A DNA stretch of 63,992 bases, the filler included, from Acidimicrobiia bacterium (GTDB taxonomy: Bacteria > Actinomycetota > Acidimicrobiia > Spongiisociales > CAZKJJ01): assembly GCA_046759765.1 (NCBI GenBank). It is 11 parts of 11 records of this genome, joined end to end, with 100 filler letters (N's around TTAATTAATTAA, not from the genome) between each part and the next. Parts side by side here need not be neighbours in the genome. Positions count along the whole stretch, not along the records: positions 1 to 6,538 come from JBHICV010000137.1; positions 6,639 to 13,120 come from JBHICV010000138.1; 9 more parts are not named here. The stretch is one strand, 5' to 3'. The notes beneath the pieces were generated by a model. That model did no database searches. It saw only the letters and a list, made by a program, of their open reading frames with translations, and was not told the DNA's origin. The position numbers and the translations under genes are program-made. This document shows positions 1 through 10,400 of the stretch, one piece after another (the stretch's first letter is position 1; every line of letters begins with the position of its first letter).

Positions 1-153
1 GAACACCTCATCGCCTACTGGGCGCGTCTCACCCCTCTCCCAGTTTCGAATGGTCGCCTCGGAGCGTCCGACCCGCTCCGCCAGCTCCTTGATACTGAGA
101 CGCAGAGAGAGGCGGTGCTCCTTGACGAGTTCGCCGAAGTTGCTTTCGCTCAT
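1..153 (-). CDS. XRE-family helix-turn-helix protein (N-terminal part; runs off window)
   Basis: Own translation from ATG at 153: MSESNFGELVKEHRLSLRLSIKELAERVGRSEATIRNWERGETRP, a typical HTH_3 pattern. Confidence 0.8.
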   Translation of the reverse strand, partial: MSESNFGELVKEHRLSLRLSIKELAERVGRSEATIRNWERGETRPVGDEVF

Positions 154-191
154 CGCCGGGAGGCCCAGCCTAGGGGTGCGAGGCCTCGAGC

Positions 192-659
192 TCAGTGCTT
201 CGGGCGGGCCGGCACGCTGTCCGGCTCCTTGTAGTCCGTGACCTTTAGCTCGGTCACCGACTTCACGTTCCAGCACAGCGTGGCCCCCTGCGGAACCACG
301 GCTCGGAAAGGGCCGCCTGCGCTTCTGGGCAGCACGTCGGGGCCGAGCCGATAGGCGAGCCACCCTTTGGCCTCGAGCTCCAAAAGCGGAATGGAAGCTC
401 GGTAATGGCCATCATCGCTGATGACAGTGACATGAGAGGCCCTGTCATAGGGACCAGCCTGCTTCAACAAGGGAGCGATTCGAATCGCCTTGCCGACGAA
501 GCCATCAGCAAGCTTCCCGAGATCATCGACAGCACCATGGATTCGGTCCAGGTCGTCGGCTTCCCAGGACACCTCCCGGTCGACCAGACCGGTGACACGC
601 AAACTGGCTCTATCCGGACGGCTGCGAAGGGTCACAACGCCGAGGTTACCGGCGATCAA
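192..659 (-). CDS. Molybdopterin-dependent oxidoreductase-like domain protein
   Basis: LRVTGLV...SDDGHYRASIPL...LPRSAGGPFRAVVP...NVKSV pattern of the Oxidored_molyb fold. Confidence 0.6.
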   Translation of the reverse strand: MIAGNLGVVTLRSRPDRASLRVTGLVDREVSWEADDLDRIHGAVDDLGKLADGFVGKAIRIAPLLKQAGPYDRASHVTVISDDGHYRASIPLLELEAKGWLAYRLGPDVLPRSAGGPFRAVVPQGATLCWNVKSVTELKVTDYKEPDSVPARPKH

Positions 660-1617
660 ACCACTCGTAGAGGTCCGAGACCGTCTCGCGAATGGGACGA
701 GCCTGGTAGCCCAAATCTGACGCAGCCTTGTCCGAGCGAACCTCGGGTGAGTGGCGGAGAGCGTGGAGCGACTCGCCGGTAAAGACGAGCGGGCTTCCGG
801 TGCGGCGTCCCAACCAGTTGCCGAGGGGGCCCCAGAGCCTTGCCACCGCCATCGGTACCACGAAGCGGGGTGGATCTACCCCCGTGATCGACGCCGCGAG
901 TTGCGCCAACTCCATGACCGACAGTCGCTTTCCTGAGAGCAGATAGTTCTCCCCCGTGCTGCCTAGCTCGGCGGCTCTCAGCAGTCCGTCAGCTACGTCG
1001 CGGACGTCGACCCAGTCGAACGCACCCTCGACAAGGGCTGGTAGCCGTCGTTGCCGGAGCGCGAGGAACACCCTTCCCATCCGTGACAGGCCGAAGTCCA
1101 ACGGACCGATGATCCCAGTCGGGTTGACCATCACTGCGTCTAGACCTTGAGCGATGGCTCCACGGACTGCTTGTTCTCCCGCCGCCTTCGACCGGTCATA
1201 GACGGGAAGGTGAGCTGCCTCGGCTCGCGGGGCTGTTTCGTCGAGATAGGGGCCGGCCTGCTCGAGGTCGTACGCATGAACCGAACTGCAGTGAACGAAG
1301 CGGCGCACGCCGGCTTGGAGGGCTGCACGCGCCGTCGCGGCCGTTCCTTCGACGTTGGTTCGCCAAACCTGCCCGCCTACGTCGCCCGTGACTGAAATGA
1401 TTCCGGCGAGATGGAACGCCAGTTCCACTCCGGTCAAAGCTCGGGTGATTGCGTCGTCGTCGAGCACGTCGGCAGCTGCGAAATCGACGTTGAGGCCCTC
1501 GAGGCCCGGCCCGGAGCGGAGATCCACGGCCCGAACGCGATGGCCGGCGTCGAGCGCAACCCTCACTACTGCTGCGCCGAGGTGCCCGGACGCACCCGTT
1601 ACCGCGATGAGCGGCAT
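646..1617 (-). CDS. NAD-dependent epimerase/dehydratase (dihydroflavonol reductase/HpnA-like)
   Basis: TGASGHLG Rossmann motif, FHLAG, YDRSK catalytic YxxxK, VDVRDVA. Confidence 0.85.
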   Translation of the reverse strand: MPLIAVTGASGHLGAAVVRVALDAGHRVRAVDLRSGPGLEGLNVDFAAADVLDDDAITRALTGVELAFHLAGIISVTGDVGGQVWRTNVEGTAATARAALQAGVRRFVHCSSVHAYDLEQAGPYLDETAPRAEAAHLPVYDRSKAAGEQAVRGAIAQGLDAVMVNPTGIIGPLDFGLSRMGRVFLALRQRRLPALVEGAFDWVDVRDVADGLLRAAELGSTGENYLLSGKRLSVMELAQLAASITGVDPPRFVVPMAVARLWGPLGNWLGRRTGSPLVFTGESLHALRHSPEVRSDKAASDLGYQARPIRETVSDLYEWFDRR

Positions 1618-1708
1618 GTACCCGGCTCTATGCGTGGCTCCCAACAGGACTGAGACGAAGAATACGTGTCGGCGGCGGGGGGCTCGCTACTCCTAGACTG
1701 CCCCGCCG

Positions 1709-2104
1709 ATGAGCCCGCGCCTACTCATAGTGGCCGCGACCCTCGGGGCCTTCGCTGGGTCGGCGTGCGGTGGCGGAGGCAGTGTCGAAGGGACCGCCTG
1801 GGTGCTCGAGTCGATGGGAACCGACCCCCTGCTTACGGGCTCGGTCGTGACTCTTTCGTTCAGCTCCGACACTGCCCGCGGCTCCGGCAGCTGCAACGAG
1901 TACTTCGGCGAGTTCGAGACTGAGGGCGATTCGATCATGTTCGGGCCCTTGGCCAGTACCCATAAGGCGTGCGGCGAAGCCCTCGACCAACAGGAGTTCG
2001 CATACCTCTCGGCGCTTCAGAGTGCCGAGACCTACGAAGTGTCGGAAGGCCGTCTCACCATTGACTACCCGGGCGGGGTGCTGAGTTTCGCCGCCGCCTT
2101 CTAA
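1709..2104 (+). CDS. META domain lipoprotein
   Basis: Signal peptide with lipobox-like AGSAC; GSGSCNEYFG and GPLASTHKAC META motifs. Confidence 0.85.
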   Translation: MSPRLLIVAATLGAFAGSACGGGGSVEGTAWVLESMGTDPLLTGSVVTLSFSSDTARGSGSCNEYFGEFETEGDSIMFGPLASTHKACGEALDQQEFAYLSALQSAETYEVSEGRLTIDYPGGVLSFAAAF

Positions 2105-2166
2105 CGCGACCGACACCGGCCTCGTTTCTTCGCGAGAATGATCGCCGTCGCAGGAGGAAAGCGGTC

Positions 2167-2418
2167 ATGAGCGAGCAACAGGTCGGAACGGTGTCCCACT
2201 ACTTCACCAATGCCCAGGTTGCTGCCATCGAGCTCACCGGCGACTTGAAGCTGGGCGACACAGTTCGGATAGTCGGACACACGTCGGACTTCACGCAGCA
2301 GATCGATTCGATGCAGATCGAGCGCGAGGATGTGGAAGCTGCGGGTTCGGGCGACCACATCGGCATCAAGGTGGGCAGCAAGGCTCGACAGAACGACAAG
2401 GTATTCCGAGTCGATTGA
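2167..2418 (+). CDS. Translation elongation factor-like beta-barrel protein (U32 C-terminal-like)
   Basis: VGTVSHYF...LKLGDTVRIVGHTSDFTQQIDSMQI...GIKV; AGGAGG RBS upstream. Confidence 0.75.
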   Translation: MSEQQVGTVSHYFTNAQVAAIELTGDLKLGDTVRIVGHTSDFTQQIDSMQIEREDVEAAGSGDHIGIKVGSKARQNDKVFRVD

Positions 2419-2513
2419 GGTCAGGGGAGGCAGGCAGGCTAGACGCCGGGCCTGCTGATTTCCTCCAGCTTGACGTCGGTGTCCGAAGCTTTGTTGAGTA
2501 GCCACCGGTGGGT

Positions 2514-2951
2514 CTATACGCGGTCCAGCAGGCGTCCGCTGGCAGCGATGCCGATACCCGCAACCAGCTGAATCGCGATCCAGGTTCCCGTGTGGCCGGT
2601 CAGATAGCAGAGGCTTGCCGCGGTCATCATGGTCACTCCTCCACCGATGGTGGCCAGCAACCCCCAACGGCGGCGGAGAGTGAGCCCTGCGACTGATCCG
2701 AAAAGCATCAGGGTAAATACGAGCGCCACCACCTCGGCAAGTGCAGAAACAGGCGCGGCTGGATCGACCGGAGGTTGGGCGGCCAACGAGATGGGAAGAA
2801 ACACGATCCAGGCCAGGCCGGCCAATGCTGCCACCCCGGAGCGGATCGGGTCGTCGAGGCTGCGGCCTGGGACGGCTACGGGGCGCGGTTTGGCTCCAGA
2901 CGCCGTTTTGGCCCCAGTGTCGAGCTTGTCGCGTATCGGTGTTTCGATCAC
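2514..2951 (-). CDS. Hypothetical membrane protein (about 4 TM segments)
   Basis: Four hydrophobic segments; fits between flanking genes. Confidence 0.6.
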   Translation of the reverse strand: MIETPIRDKLDTGAKTASGAKPRPVAVPGRSLDDPIRSGVAALAGLAWIVFLPISLAAQPPVDPAAPVSALAEVVALVFTLMLFGSVAGLTLRRRWGLLATIGGGVTMMTAASLCYLTGHTGTWIAIQLVAGIGIAASGRLLDRV

Positions 2952-3028
2952 TCGACACCGATTATTCCACAGGTCACGATCGAGGGGGTAGCCCTCTACC
3001 TATCGTGGTAGTCACCGAGCCTTACCCG

Positions 3029-3358
3029 ATGACGGCAACAAACCGACTGGTCAACCTCTTCCTTCGCAAGTCCTTTACAGGACGGTTCTCCCGAAAGCCC
3101 TGTTCTCATCTGGACATGATTCGGGACGTGGAACCTGCTTCCGACGTCTGCGATCAGTGTGTGGAATTGGGAGAACGGTGGCCGGCACTACGAATGTGTC
3201 TGATCTGCGGTCACGTCGGCTGCTGCGAAGACGCGAGGTACCAGCACGCCCTCCGCCACTTCGACGAAACCGGCCACCCTCTCGTCAAGCCCCATCTCGA
3301 GCGGGGAATGCGCTGGATCTGGTGCTACGTGGACGAGGCGCTCCTGGATCCGATTTGA
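3029..3358 (+). CDS. UBP-type zinc finger protein
   Basis: CSH...CDQC...LRMCLICGHVGCC...HALRHF...GHP...WCYVD; ATG at 3029. Confidence 0.9.
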   Translation: MTATNRLVNLFLRKSFTGRFSRKPCSHLDMIRDVEPASDVCDQCVELGERWPALRMCLICGHVGCCEDARYQHALRHFDETGHPLVKPHLERGMRWIWCYVDEALLDPI

Positions 3359-3391
3359 AGCGCGCTCTCAGGCGATGCTTACAGTGCGTAC

Positions 3392-3841
3392 ATGTCCGCC
3401 CTTCCGTCCGACCGTCAAGAGGCGCTTCTCGCACTTCATGACCGGCTCGCCGGCTCTGGTGTTCGCTATCAGCTGGGCGGGAGCGCCATGCTCGCGCTGC
3501 GAGGTATCCCCGTCGATATTCACGACCTTGACCTCGTGTTCCCGGTTTCGGCGCGCGACTTGGTTGCCGTCGCGCTAGCCGATTGGTGGGAAGGGTTCAC
3601 CACTATTGATCACCCGATCTTCTCGAGCGACTGGTACGCACGAGTCAAGGTCGACGACGTGCCGGTGGACCTGGTCGGCGGATTCAAGATCAAGGGCGAG
3701 GAGCCCCTGCCCTTTCGAGACGACGAGGCCGTGCGGGTCGCCGGCACCGAGATTCCTCTCGCTCCCGTCGACGTGTGGATTCGCATCTACCAGAAATACG
3801 ACCGCGCCAAAGCTGAGCTGCTCGCACAACTCCTGCGATAG
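3392..3841 (+). CDS. Nucleotidyltransferase-fold protein
   Basis: GGSAML...DIHDLDL (GS + DxD) pol-beta NTase motif. Confidence 0.65.
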   Translation: MSALPSDRQEALLALHDRLAGSGVRYQLGGSAMLALRGIPVDIHDLDLVFPVSARDLVAVALADWWEGFTTIDHPIFSSDWYARVKVDDVPVDLVGGFKIKGEEPLPFRDDEAVRVAGTEIPLAPVDVWIRIYQKYDRAKAELLAQLLR

Positions 3842-3847
3842 AGAGGC

Positions 3848-4564
3848 TCAGTGAGGCGGTTCGGCAGTGACATCGTCCAGCCTCTTCCGTCTGAGGTCGG
3901 GCACAACGCAGTCCTCCGCTGGGTAGCCAATAGGGAACAAGACGAACGGCCGCTCGTTGGGTGGGCGGTTCAGGATTCGGGACAAGAAAGCCATAGGGCT
4001 GGGAGTGTGTGTCAGTGTCGCCAAGCCCATGTGATGGAGTGCGGCGATGAAGAGACCACAGGCGATCCCGACGCTCTCCTTTACGTACCAGTTGTGGTAG
4101 CGCTCGCCGTCCTTACGGAGCCCATACCGCTGCTCGAAGACAACCACGATCCAGGGAGCTATGTCGAGATACGGCTTTCGCCAGCCGGTGCCGAGGGGAG
4201 CTACTGCCTCCCGCCAATCCGACGGCATCCGGCCGCCTTCGTAGTTCTCCCTTTCCTCTTCCTCGGCCGCGACCCGGATCTGATGTTTCGTCGCGGAGTC
4301 GCCCACCACCACGAATGTCCAGGGCTGGCGATGCGCTCCCGAGGGTGCCGTTGAGGCGGTCATGATGGCGTGGTCGATCAGCTCTCTGGGCACGGGGTCG
4401 GAGGAGAAGAACCGGACGCTGCGGCGACGGTCCATCTCCTCGTAGAAGTCACGGGCTCGTCCCAGCATCGCCGGGACGGGCAGCCTCTCCGCTGAGTACG
4501 GAATGAACCCATTTTCTGCCCCGGTCTTTTCCGATCCTTCGGCCACATCGAACCTCCGCGCCAA
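3848..4564 (-). CDS. Nitroreductase family, iodotyrosine deiodinase (IYD)-like
   Basis: RRRSVRFF, TAPSGAHRQPW, EEEERENY lid, KPYL, YVKESVGIA, LTHTP, DLRRK. Confidence 0.8.
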   Translation of the reverse strand: MARRFDVAEGSEKTGAENGFIPYSAERLPVPAMLGRARDFYEEMDRRRSVRFFSSDPVPRELIDHAIMTASTAPSGAHRQPWTFVVVGDSATKHQIRVAAEEEERENYEGGRMPSDWREAVAPLGTGWRKPYLDIAPWIVVVFEQRYGLRKDGERYHNWYVKESVGIACGLFIAALHHMGLATLTHTPSPMAFLSRILNRPPNERPFVLFPIGYPAEDCVVPDLRRKRLDDVTAEPPH

Positions 4565-4601
4565 GGCTGCCGACCCTACTGACCGATTGAGGGGCGTTTG
4601 G

Positions 4602-6059
4602 TCAGGCCGAAGTCTCCTCAGGGAGGCTTTCGGGTGGTGCCGCGACGCGCTTGCGCCAGGTTCGGAGAAGGTCCCATCCCGTGACGGCGACGCCGATCGC
4701 CATGACCGCAGCCATTGCGGCGAGGATCACTTGCAGGCCGGCCACCTGGGCTTCGGCCGGTGCGCTCGTGGCCGGACCGTCGAAGCCACCGGCTCGGGAC
4801 GTGACCATGACGGCCCATAGGCTTCCTAGGACCGCGACCCCGACAATCTGGCCAACGATTCGAGTCAGCGTGAGCATTCCGGAAGTGATGCCGAGTCGCT
4901 CACGCGGGGCCGCTCCCATGACCCCGCTGTTGTTCGGGCTCTGAAAGATCCCCATCCCCACACCGATAGGTGTCACCAACAAGACATAGCCCACCGCGCT
5001 GGTGTTGCCGTCGAGGTTCGACGCCGCCAGATAGCCCACCGTTAGCACCGCCAGGCCTACGACCGTCACCGGTCTGATTCCGATCCGGTCGGACACCCAG
5101 CCCGAAAGTGGAGCTACAACGCCGATCAGAATCGCCGTCGACGCCAAGAGGATTCCGGCCTGCTGTGAGTCGAATCCCTTGACGTTGATCAGATAGAAGG
5201 GCATCAAGATCAGCACTCCGGCGATCGCGACGAAGGTCGTGAACCCTGTACCGAGGTTGATACGCATGATGCGTTGACGGAACAGCTGCAGGTCGACCAT
5301 CGGCTCAGGGACCCGCTGTTCGACCATTAAGAAGACAACCAAACTGGCCGCCGCCGTAATCAACAGCGCTATGACCAGCCCGTCGCCAAACCCGCGGCGC
5401 TGCCCGATCGATAGGCCCAGTGACATCGTCAGCAAGCTCACGAACATGAGTCCGCCCCCCAGCCAATCGAACCGTTGTCCGCCGGGCGGCTTGATGGCCG
5501 GGACCCAGAGGACGGCAGCGATCGTGCCGAGCACTCCTACCGGCAAGTTGACCAGAAAGATCCATCGCCAGGAGAGTTGCTCGATCAGGAAGCCGCCCAG
5601 GGTCGGGCCGATGACGATCCCGATGGACACCATCGTCCCGATCACTCCGAGGGCCCGACCCCGCTCGTGGTCCGGAAAGGCCTCGGTCACTATCCCGATG
5701 CCGAGGGCTAGAACCATCGTGGCGCCGATCGCCTGAACCACTCGGCAACCGATCAGGAACGCCACCGAGGGCGACAAGCCGCACAGGACCGAAGCAACCG
5801 TGAACACCGCGAACCCGGACGCGAAGATCGCCTTCTTGCCGACTATGTCTCCTAGCCGTCCTACGCCGAGAGTAAGGGTCGCCAGAGTCAGCGCATAGGC
5901 CAACACGACCCACTGGATCACCGGAAAGGTGCTGTCCAGCTCCGTTTCCAAGGTCGGTAGCGCCACGTTGACGATGCTGATGTCGATCGTCGCCAGAAGG
6001 ATGCTGAGCCCGACCGCGGCCATCACGTACCACTTGCGCGTGTAGTCGACCTCGGTCAT
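4602..6059 (-). CDS. MFS transporter, DHA2 (EmrB/QacA-like) family
   Basis: DISIVNVALP, GRLGDIVGKK, GPTLGG, WRWIFLVNLPVG; about 14 TM segments. Confidence 0.9.
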   Translation of the reverse strand: MTEVDYTRKWYVMAAVGLSILLATIDISIVNVALPTLETELDSTFPVIQWVVLAYALTLATLTLGVGRLGDIVGKKAIFASGFAVFTVASVLCGLSPSVAFLIGCRVVQAIGATMVLALGIGIVTEAFPDHERGRALGVIGTMVSIGIVIGPTLGGFLIEQLSWRWIFLVNLPVGVLGTIAAVLWVPAIKPPGGQRFDWLGGGLMFVSLLTMSLGLSIGQRRGFGDGLVIALLITAAASLVVFLMVEQRVPEPMVDLQLFRQRIMRINLGTGFTTFVAIAGVLILMPFYLINVKGFDSQQAGILLASTAILIGVVAPLSGWVSDRIGIRPVTVVGLAVLTVGYLAASNLDGNTSAVGYVLLVTPIGVGMGIFQSPNNSGVMGAAPRERLGITSGMLTLTRIVGQIVGVAVLGSLWAVMVTSRAGGFDGPATSAPAEAQVAGLQVILAAMAAVMAIGVAVTGWDLLRTWRKRVAAPPESLPEETSA

Positions 6060-6131
6060 GTGAATTCCGTTCTCGTGACGCCTACACCGTATAGGGCAGT
6101 AAACGTCACAAGAACGAGAGAACTGCCGTAG

Positions 6132-6488
6132 TTAGGCGACTTCGGGAGCAGCTGGTGCGAGCGGATCAGGCCCATATTGGTTCGGGCCGGCTGTTCCAGG
6201 CAGGAAACCGAGCTCGACCAGGACCCAGATCACACCGACGATCGGGACGAGGATGATCAACATCCACCAGCCCGACTTATCGCGATCGTGCCACCGCTTG
6301 ATAGCAACCGCAAGAAACGGCCACAGAAGTAGCAGCGACACCAGGCCGTAGATCGCAGAGGTGAATCCGAAAATCTGGCCCACTACGGCTCCGATCACCC
6401 AGACAACTATGTACCCGAGCCATGCCTTGGCCCGGTTGATTCGGCCATCGAACTGCAAGAACAGGTGACCGAGGTCGATGTTTTCCAT
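6132..6488 (-). CDS. DUF805 (YhaH-like) membrane protein
   Basis: FDGRINR...KRWHDRDKSGW...GPNQYGPDP. Confidence 0.9.
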   Translation of the reverse strand: MENIDLGHLFLQFDGRINRAKAWLGYIVVWVIGAVVGQIFGFTSAIYGLVSLLLLWPFLAVAIKRWHDRDKSGWWMLIILVPIVGVIWVLVELGFLPGTAGPNQYGPDPLAPAAPEVA

Positions 6489-6538
6489 CCGTCCTCCCAA
6501 GACAGCGGCTTCGGGAAGGTACCGGGCCTTAGAAGTCT

Positions 6539-6638
6539 NNNNNNNNNNNNNNNNNNNNNNNNNNNNNNNNNNNNNNNNNNNNTTAATTAATTAANNNNNN
6601 NNNNNNNNNNNNNNNNNNNNNNNNNNNNNNNNNNNNNN
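6539..6638. other. Artificial contig linker (44N-TTAATTAATTAA-44N); same linker at 13121-13220, 19286-19385, 25437-25536, 31585-31684, 37687-37786, 43677-43776, 49656-49755, 55615-55714, 61559-61658
   Basis: Identical 100-nt spacer with stops in all six frames; contig lengths decrease steadily (6482, 6065, 6051, 6048, 6002, 5890, 5879, 5859, 5844). Confidence 0.98.
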
Positions 6639-7644
6639 GGGCAGCTGCCAGATCCGAGTCGCCTTCCGTTCGAAGCAGTAGAAGACCCACCTCGGGCTCG
6701 TTGAGACGCAGATGCAGCAATGCGTCGTCGAGCTCGCGTGCGAGAGCCAGCGGCCAGAAATCGGCGTCTACCGACTCGATAGCCACAGGAGCAGCCTCGG
6801 ACGGCCCCAAGAGAGTCAATGAGGCTGTCCTCAATGTCCGGTCGATGTCGATCCGAAGGTTGGGGTAGACCACCTCGTCGGCGCCGAGCTGCCGATCGAG
6901 CGGCGTCAAGACCACCCCGGCCGCGTCCGCGGGCCTGTCCGTCCTAGCGGCCAGCTCGAGCGCCTTTTCCTTCACTCGGGCACTGAATCGTGATGTCGGG
7001 GCGATCTCGTCGACCAAACCCCAATCCACCGCTCGAGTCCCCTTGATTCCCTCTTCCAGCGTGCAGAAGACATCGGCCCGATCCCTCCTGACTTTGCGCT
7101 TGTCAGTTAGCCGGGTGAGCCCACCCGTTCCAGGAAGAACTGCCAGCAGCGGCACTTCAGGCATGGCAACTGAAGAGCTCCCGTCGTCCGTCAATATCAA
7201 GTAGTCGCAAGCGAGAGCGAGCTCATAGCCTCCCCCCGCCGCGTTGCCGTTGACACCTGCGACGTAGGGCTGTCCGGAGTTCTCCGATGCGTCCTCGATC
7301 GCATTACGCGTCTCGTTGGTGAACTTGCAGAAGTTGACCTTCAAACTGTGGGCAGCCTGGCCGAGCATCTTGATGTTGGCGCCCGCGCAGAAGACCCGGT
7401 CGAGAGCGGAAGTGATCACGACGGCTCCCACCTCGGGATGCTCGAAGCGCAGGCGTTGCGTAGCGTCGTAGAGCTCGATGTCGACACCTAGGTCATAGGA
7501 ATTCAGCTTCAGCTCGTAGCCGGCATCGAGACCGCCGCTCTCATCCACGTTCATCGTCAGGAAGGCGATCGGAGGGTCGATCCTCAGCTGCCAATGCCGG
7601 TAGCGGTCGGGACTGGTTTGGAAGTCGATGTGCGGGCGATTCAC
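6639..7644 (-). CDS. boxC: Benzoyl-CoA epoxide (2,3-epoxybenzoyl-CoA) dihydrolase, 3' truncated by contig end
   Basis: YRHW...YELKLNSYDLGVDIEL...RLRFEHPEV...FCAGANI...KVNFCKFTNETRN...LPGTGGLTRLTDKRKVRRDRADVFCT. Confidence 0.9.
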
Positions 7645-7831
7645 CCCGGCGATACTAGGGAGGGCCGGGCGAGGGCTGACCTCGCCTTAGCGCGAGCGAA
7701 GCGGCGCACCTACGCAGACACGAGTCGGGCTGGGTCGAGGTCGGCGTCGACGACCCCCACGGAGGGTCTGGAGGGGTCGAGCAACCTTTGTAGAGGGTGG
7801 GAGAGCTGCCGGCAGCTAACGTGCACAGCCA

Positions 7832-9226
7832 ATGCCCGTGACCTCAGCGTCCTACTCGATCACTGCCCGCGTCGTCCTCGAGACCGACGATCCACTTGCA
7901 ATCGGCACTATCACGACCGCAGTAGGAGAGACCTCGGGAGCGATCATCGCGCTCGACATCGTCGAGTCTCACGAGGACGTTCTGATCGTCGACATCACTG
8001 CCAACGCGCGGGACGAGGCTCATGCCCGGTCGATCACCGAGGCGATCGAGGAGATTCCGTTCGCGAGCGTCCGTAATGTCTCTGACCGCACGTTCCTGCT
8101 CCACCTGCACGGCAAGCTCGAGATCAAACCGAAGATCGAGCTTCGCAACCGCGACGAGCTTTCGATGGCCTACACACCCGGAGTAGCGCGTGTATCGCAG
8201 GCACTGGCGAACGAGCCGGACGACGCCTGGAACCTCACTGTCAAGGGCAACTCCGTCGCCATCGTGACTGATGGATCGGCGATCCTCGGCCTCGGGAACC
8301 TCGGTCCGGTGGCGGCACTGCCCGTGATGGAAGGCAAAGCGATTCTGTTCAAGCGGTTCGCAGACGTCGACGCCTGGCCCATCTGCCTAGCGACTCAAGA
8401 CTCAGACGAGATCGTTCGAACCGTGGAGGCCATCGCTCCCAGCTTCGGAGGGATAAACCTCGAGGACATCGCCGCGCCGCGGTGCTTCGACATCGAGGAG
8501 CGGCTCAAAACGGCACTCGACATCCCCGTCTTTCATGACGACCAACACGGCACTGCCATTGTTGTCCTGGCCGCCCTCACCAACGCGCTGAAGCTGGTCG
8601 ACAAGAAACTGCCCGACGTCAGCGTCGCGCTGTCCGGAACGGGAGCAGCCGGCGTCGCTATCGCCAAGATCCTCAACGCGGTGGGTGTCGGTGACGTGGT
8701 CGCCTCTGACAGTCACGGCATCGTTAGTCGTGATCGCCAGGACTTGGACAAGTACAAGCGCTGGTTGGCCGAGAACACGAACAACCGGGCTCTGCGAGGC
8801 GACCTGCTGGACGCCCTCAAAGGAGCCGACGTGTTCATCGGAGTCAGCGCCCCGAACCTGTTCGAGCCGGCCGACATTCAACGGATGGCATCGGACCCGG
8901 TGATCTTCGCCCTCGCCAACCCTGACCCGGAGGTCGATCCGACCGGCGCCCGAGAGCACGCCGCAGTCGTAGCCACTGGAAGGTCGGACTTCCCTAACCA
9001 GATCAACAACGTGCTTGCGTTCCCCGGAGTCTTCCGAGGCGCTCTGGACGCCCGGGCCAGGTCGATCTCAGAGGACATGAAGATTGCCGCCTCACGGGCA
9101 ATCGCCAGCCTCGTAGGGCAGGACGAGCTCCGTGCCAATTACATCATTCCCAGCGTCTTCAATCCCCGGGTAGCGACAGAAGTGGCGCAGGCGGTGGCAT
9201 CGGCCAGCGAGAACGGACGCCGCTGA
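7832..9226 (+). CDS. NAD(P)-dependent malic enzyme with N-terminal ACT-like domain
   Basis: [61 protein letters not shown]. Confidence 0.92.
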   Translation: MPVTSASYSITARVVLETDDPLAIGTITTAVGETSGAIIALDIVESHEDVLIVDITANARDEAHARSITEAIEEIPFASVRNVSDRTFLLHLHGKLEIKPKIELRNRDELSMAYTPGVARVSQALANEPDDAWNLTVKGNSVAIVTDGSAILGLGNLGPVAALPVMEGKAILFKRFADVDAWPICLATQDSDEIVRTVEAIAPSFGGINLEDIAAPRCFDIEERLKTALDIPVFHDDQHGTAIVVLAALTNALKLVDKKLPDVSVALSGTGAAGVAIAKILNAVGVGDVVASDSHGIVSRDRQDLDKYKRWLAENTNNRALRGDLLDALKGADVFIGVSAPNLFEPADIQRMASDPVIFALANPDPEVDPTGAREHAAVVATGRSDFPNQINNVLAFPGVFRGALDARARSISEDMKIAASRAIASLVGQDELRANYIIPSVFNPRVATEVAQAVASASENGRR

Positions 9227-9275
9227 TTCCCTATAGGTTTCCTGTCTGTAATCAACCCGCATAGCGGGTCCGCGA

Positions 9276-9857
9276 TTGACAGGAAACGAGAAGGTGCGCA
9301 GGCTCATCGCCCGGCTCTACCAGAAGATCGCAGGCTGGCGTGTGGTGGGGGGCCCTCCCGAGCAGTCGGCCGTGATCATCGGTGCCTTCCACACCTCCAA
9401 CTGGGACTTTCCAACGTTCCTCATGGTCAAGTGGTATACGGGGATGAGGGCCAAGTGGCTCGGTAAGGACACCCTGTTTCGGGGACCCTTCGATTTCATC
9501 TTCCGCATGATGGGCGGGATACCAGTGGATCGCAGACGACCAGGACGACTAGTCGATCAGATGCGCGAGCTGTTCGAGTCGACTGACCACGTTCTGCTGG
9601 TGATCACCCCCGAGGGAACTCGTGGCGCGACCTCGATTTGGAAGTCCGGCTTCTACCGCATCGCCCGCGGAGCCAACGTGCCCGTGGTGCTCGGATTCGT
9701 GGACTACCGAACCAAAACGGTCGGCTTCGGACCGTCGATCGAGCTGACCGGGGAAGTGTCCGCAGACATGGGCGTAGTCCGGGCCTTCTACGCGGACAAG
9801 GCCGGCCTTCGGCCGAACAAGCAGGGTCCTGTGCGGCTGGCCGAGGAGTCTGGTTAG
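9276..9857 (+). CDS. 1-acyl-sn-glycerol-3-phosphate acyltransferase family
   Basis: HTSNWD and PEGTR acyltransferase motifs. Confidence 0.9.
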   Translation: MTGNEKVRRLIARLYQKIAGWRVVGGPPEQSAVIIGAFHTSNWDFPTFLMVKWYTGMRAKWLGKDTLFRGPFDFIFRMMGGIPVDRRRPGRLVDQMRELFESTDHVLLVITPEGTRGATSIWKSGFYRIARGANVPVVLGFVDYRTKTVGFGPSIELTGEVSADMGVVRAFYADKAGLRPNKQGPVRLAEESG

Positions 9858-9935
9858 CACGAGCTTCACGCCAGCCGGGATGGCATTTGACGGAAGGCGC
9901 TCAGGCTGGAAGCCTCGGCGCCAGGAGGTGGGCCG

Positions 9936-10400
9936 ATGTATCGCTGGTGGGTCTTCATCCATCTGGTCGGTGTCGTGGGCTTCCTGGCTGCACACGGCAC
10001 CTCGATCGCGGCCACTTGGTTCGTAAGACGCATTCGGGAGCCGGCCAAGGTCGCCGGCGTACTACAGCTGAGTGCCGCCACGGTCGGCTTTTTCTACCTC
10101 TTCACATTTCTGCTCTTGCTGGGAGGAATCGCGGCCGGCATCTCGGGCAACTGGTTCGGGCAGGCCTGGATATGGGTTTCGCTGGTGCTGTTCGTCGTGA
10201 CGAGCGTGGCGATGTTTCCTTTGGCCCGCAGCTACTTCAACCGCATCCGGCAGGTCCTCGACCTCATCCGGGCGGGGACCACTGTGAGCGAGGATGAATT
10301 CGAGCGAGTGTTGCAAACGGGACAACCGGCCCTAATCGCGGGCACCGGCGTGGTCATAATCATCTTCATTGTGTATCTAATGGTGCAGAAGCCGTTCTGA
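9936..10400 (+). CDS. DUF2269-like membrane protein
   Basis: FIHLVG at N-terminus, 4 TM segments, C-terminal YLMVQKPF. Confidence 0.7.
   Translation: MYRWWVFIHLVGVVGFLAAHGTSIAATWFVRRIREPAKVAGVLQLSAATVGFFYLFTFLLLLGGIAAGISGNWFGQAWIWVSLVLFVVTSVAMFPLARSYFNRIRQVLDLIRAGTTVSEDEFERVLQTGQPALIAGTGVVIIIFIVYLMVQKPF

Noticed and set aside
6539..6638. Recurrent TTAATTAATTAA flanked by N runs, appearing at about 6-kb periodicity
   Set aside because: Artificial contig-joining linker; ORFs ending in X..LIN and gene adjacencies across linkers are artefacts
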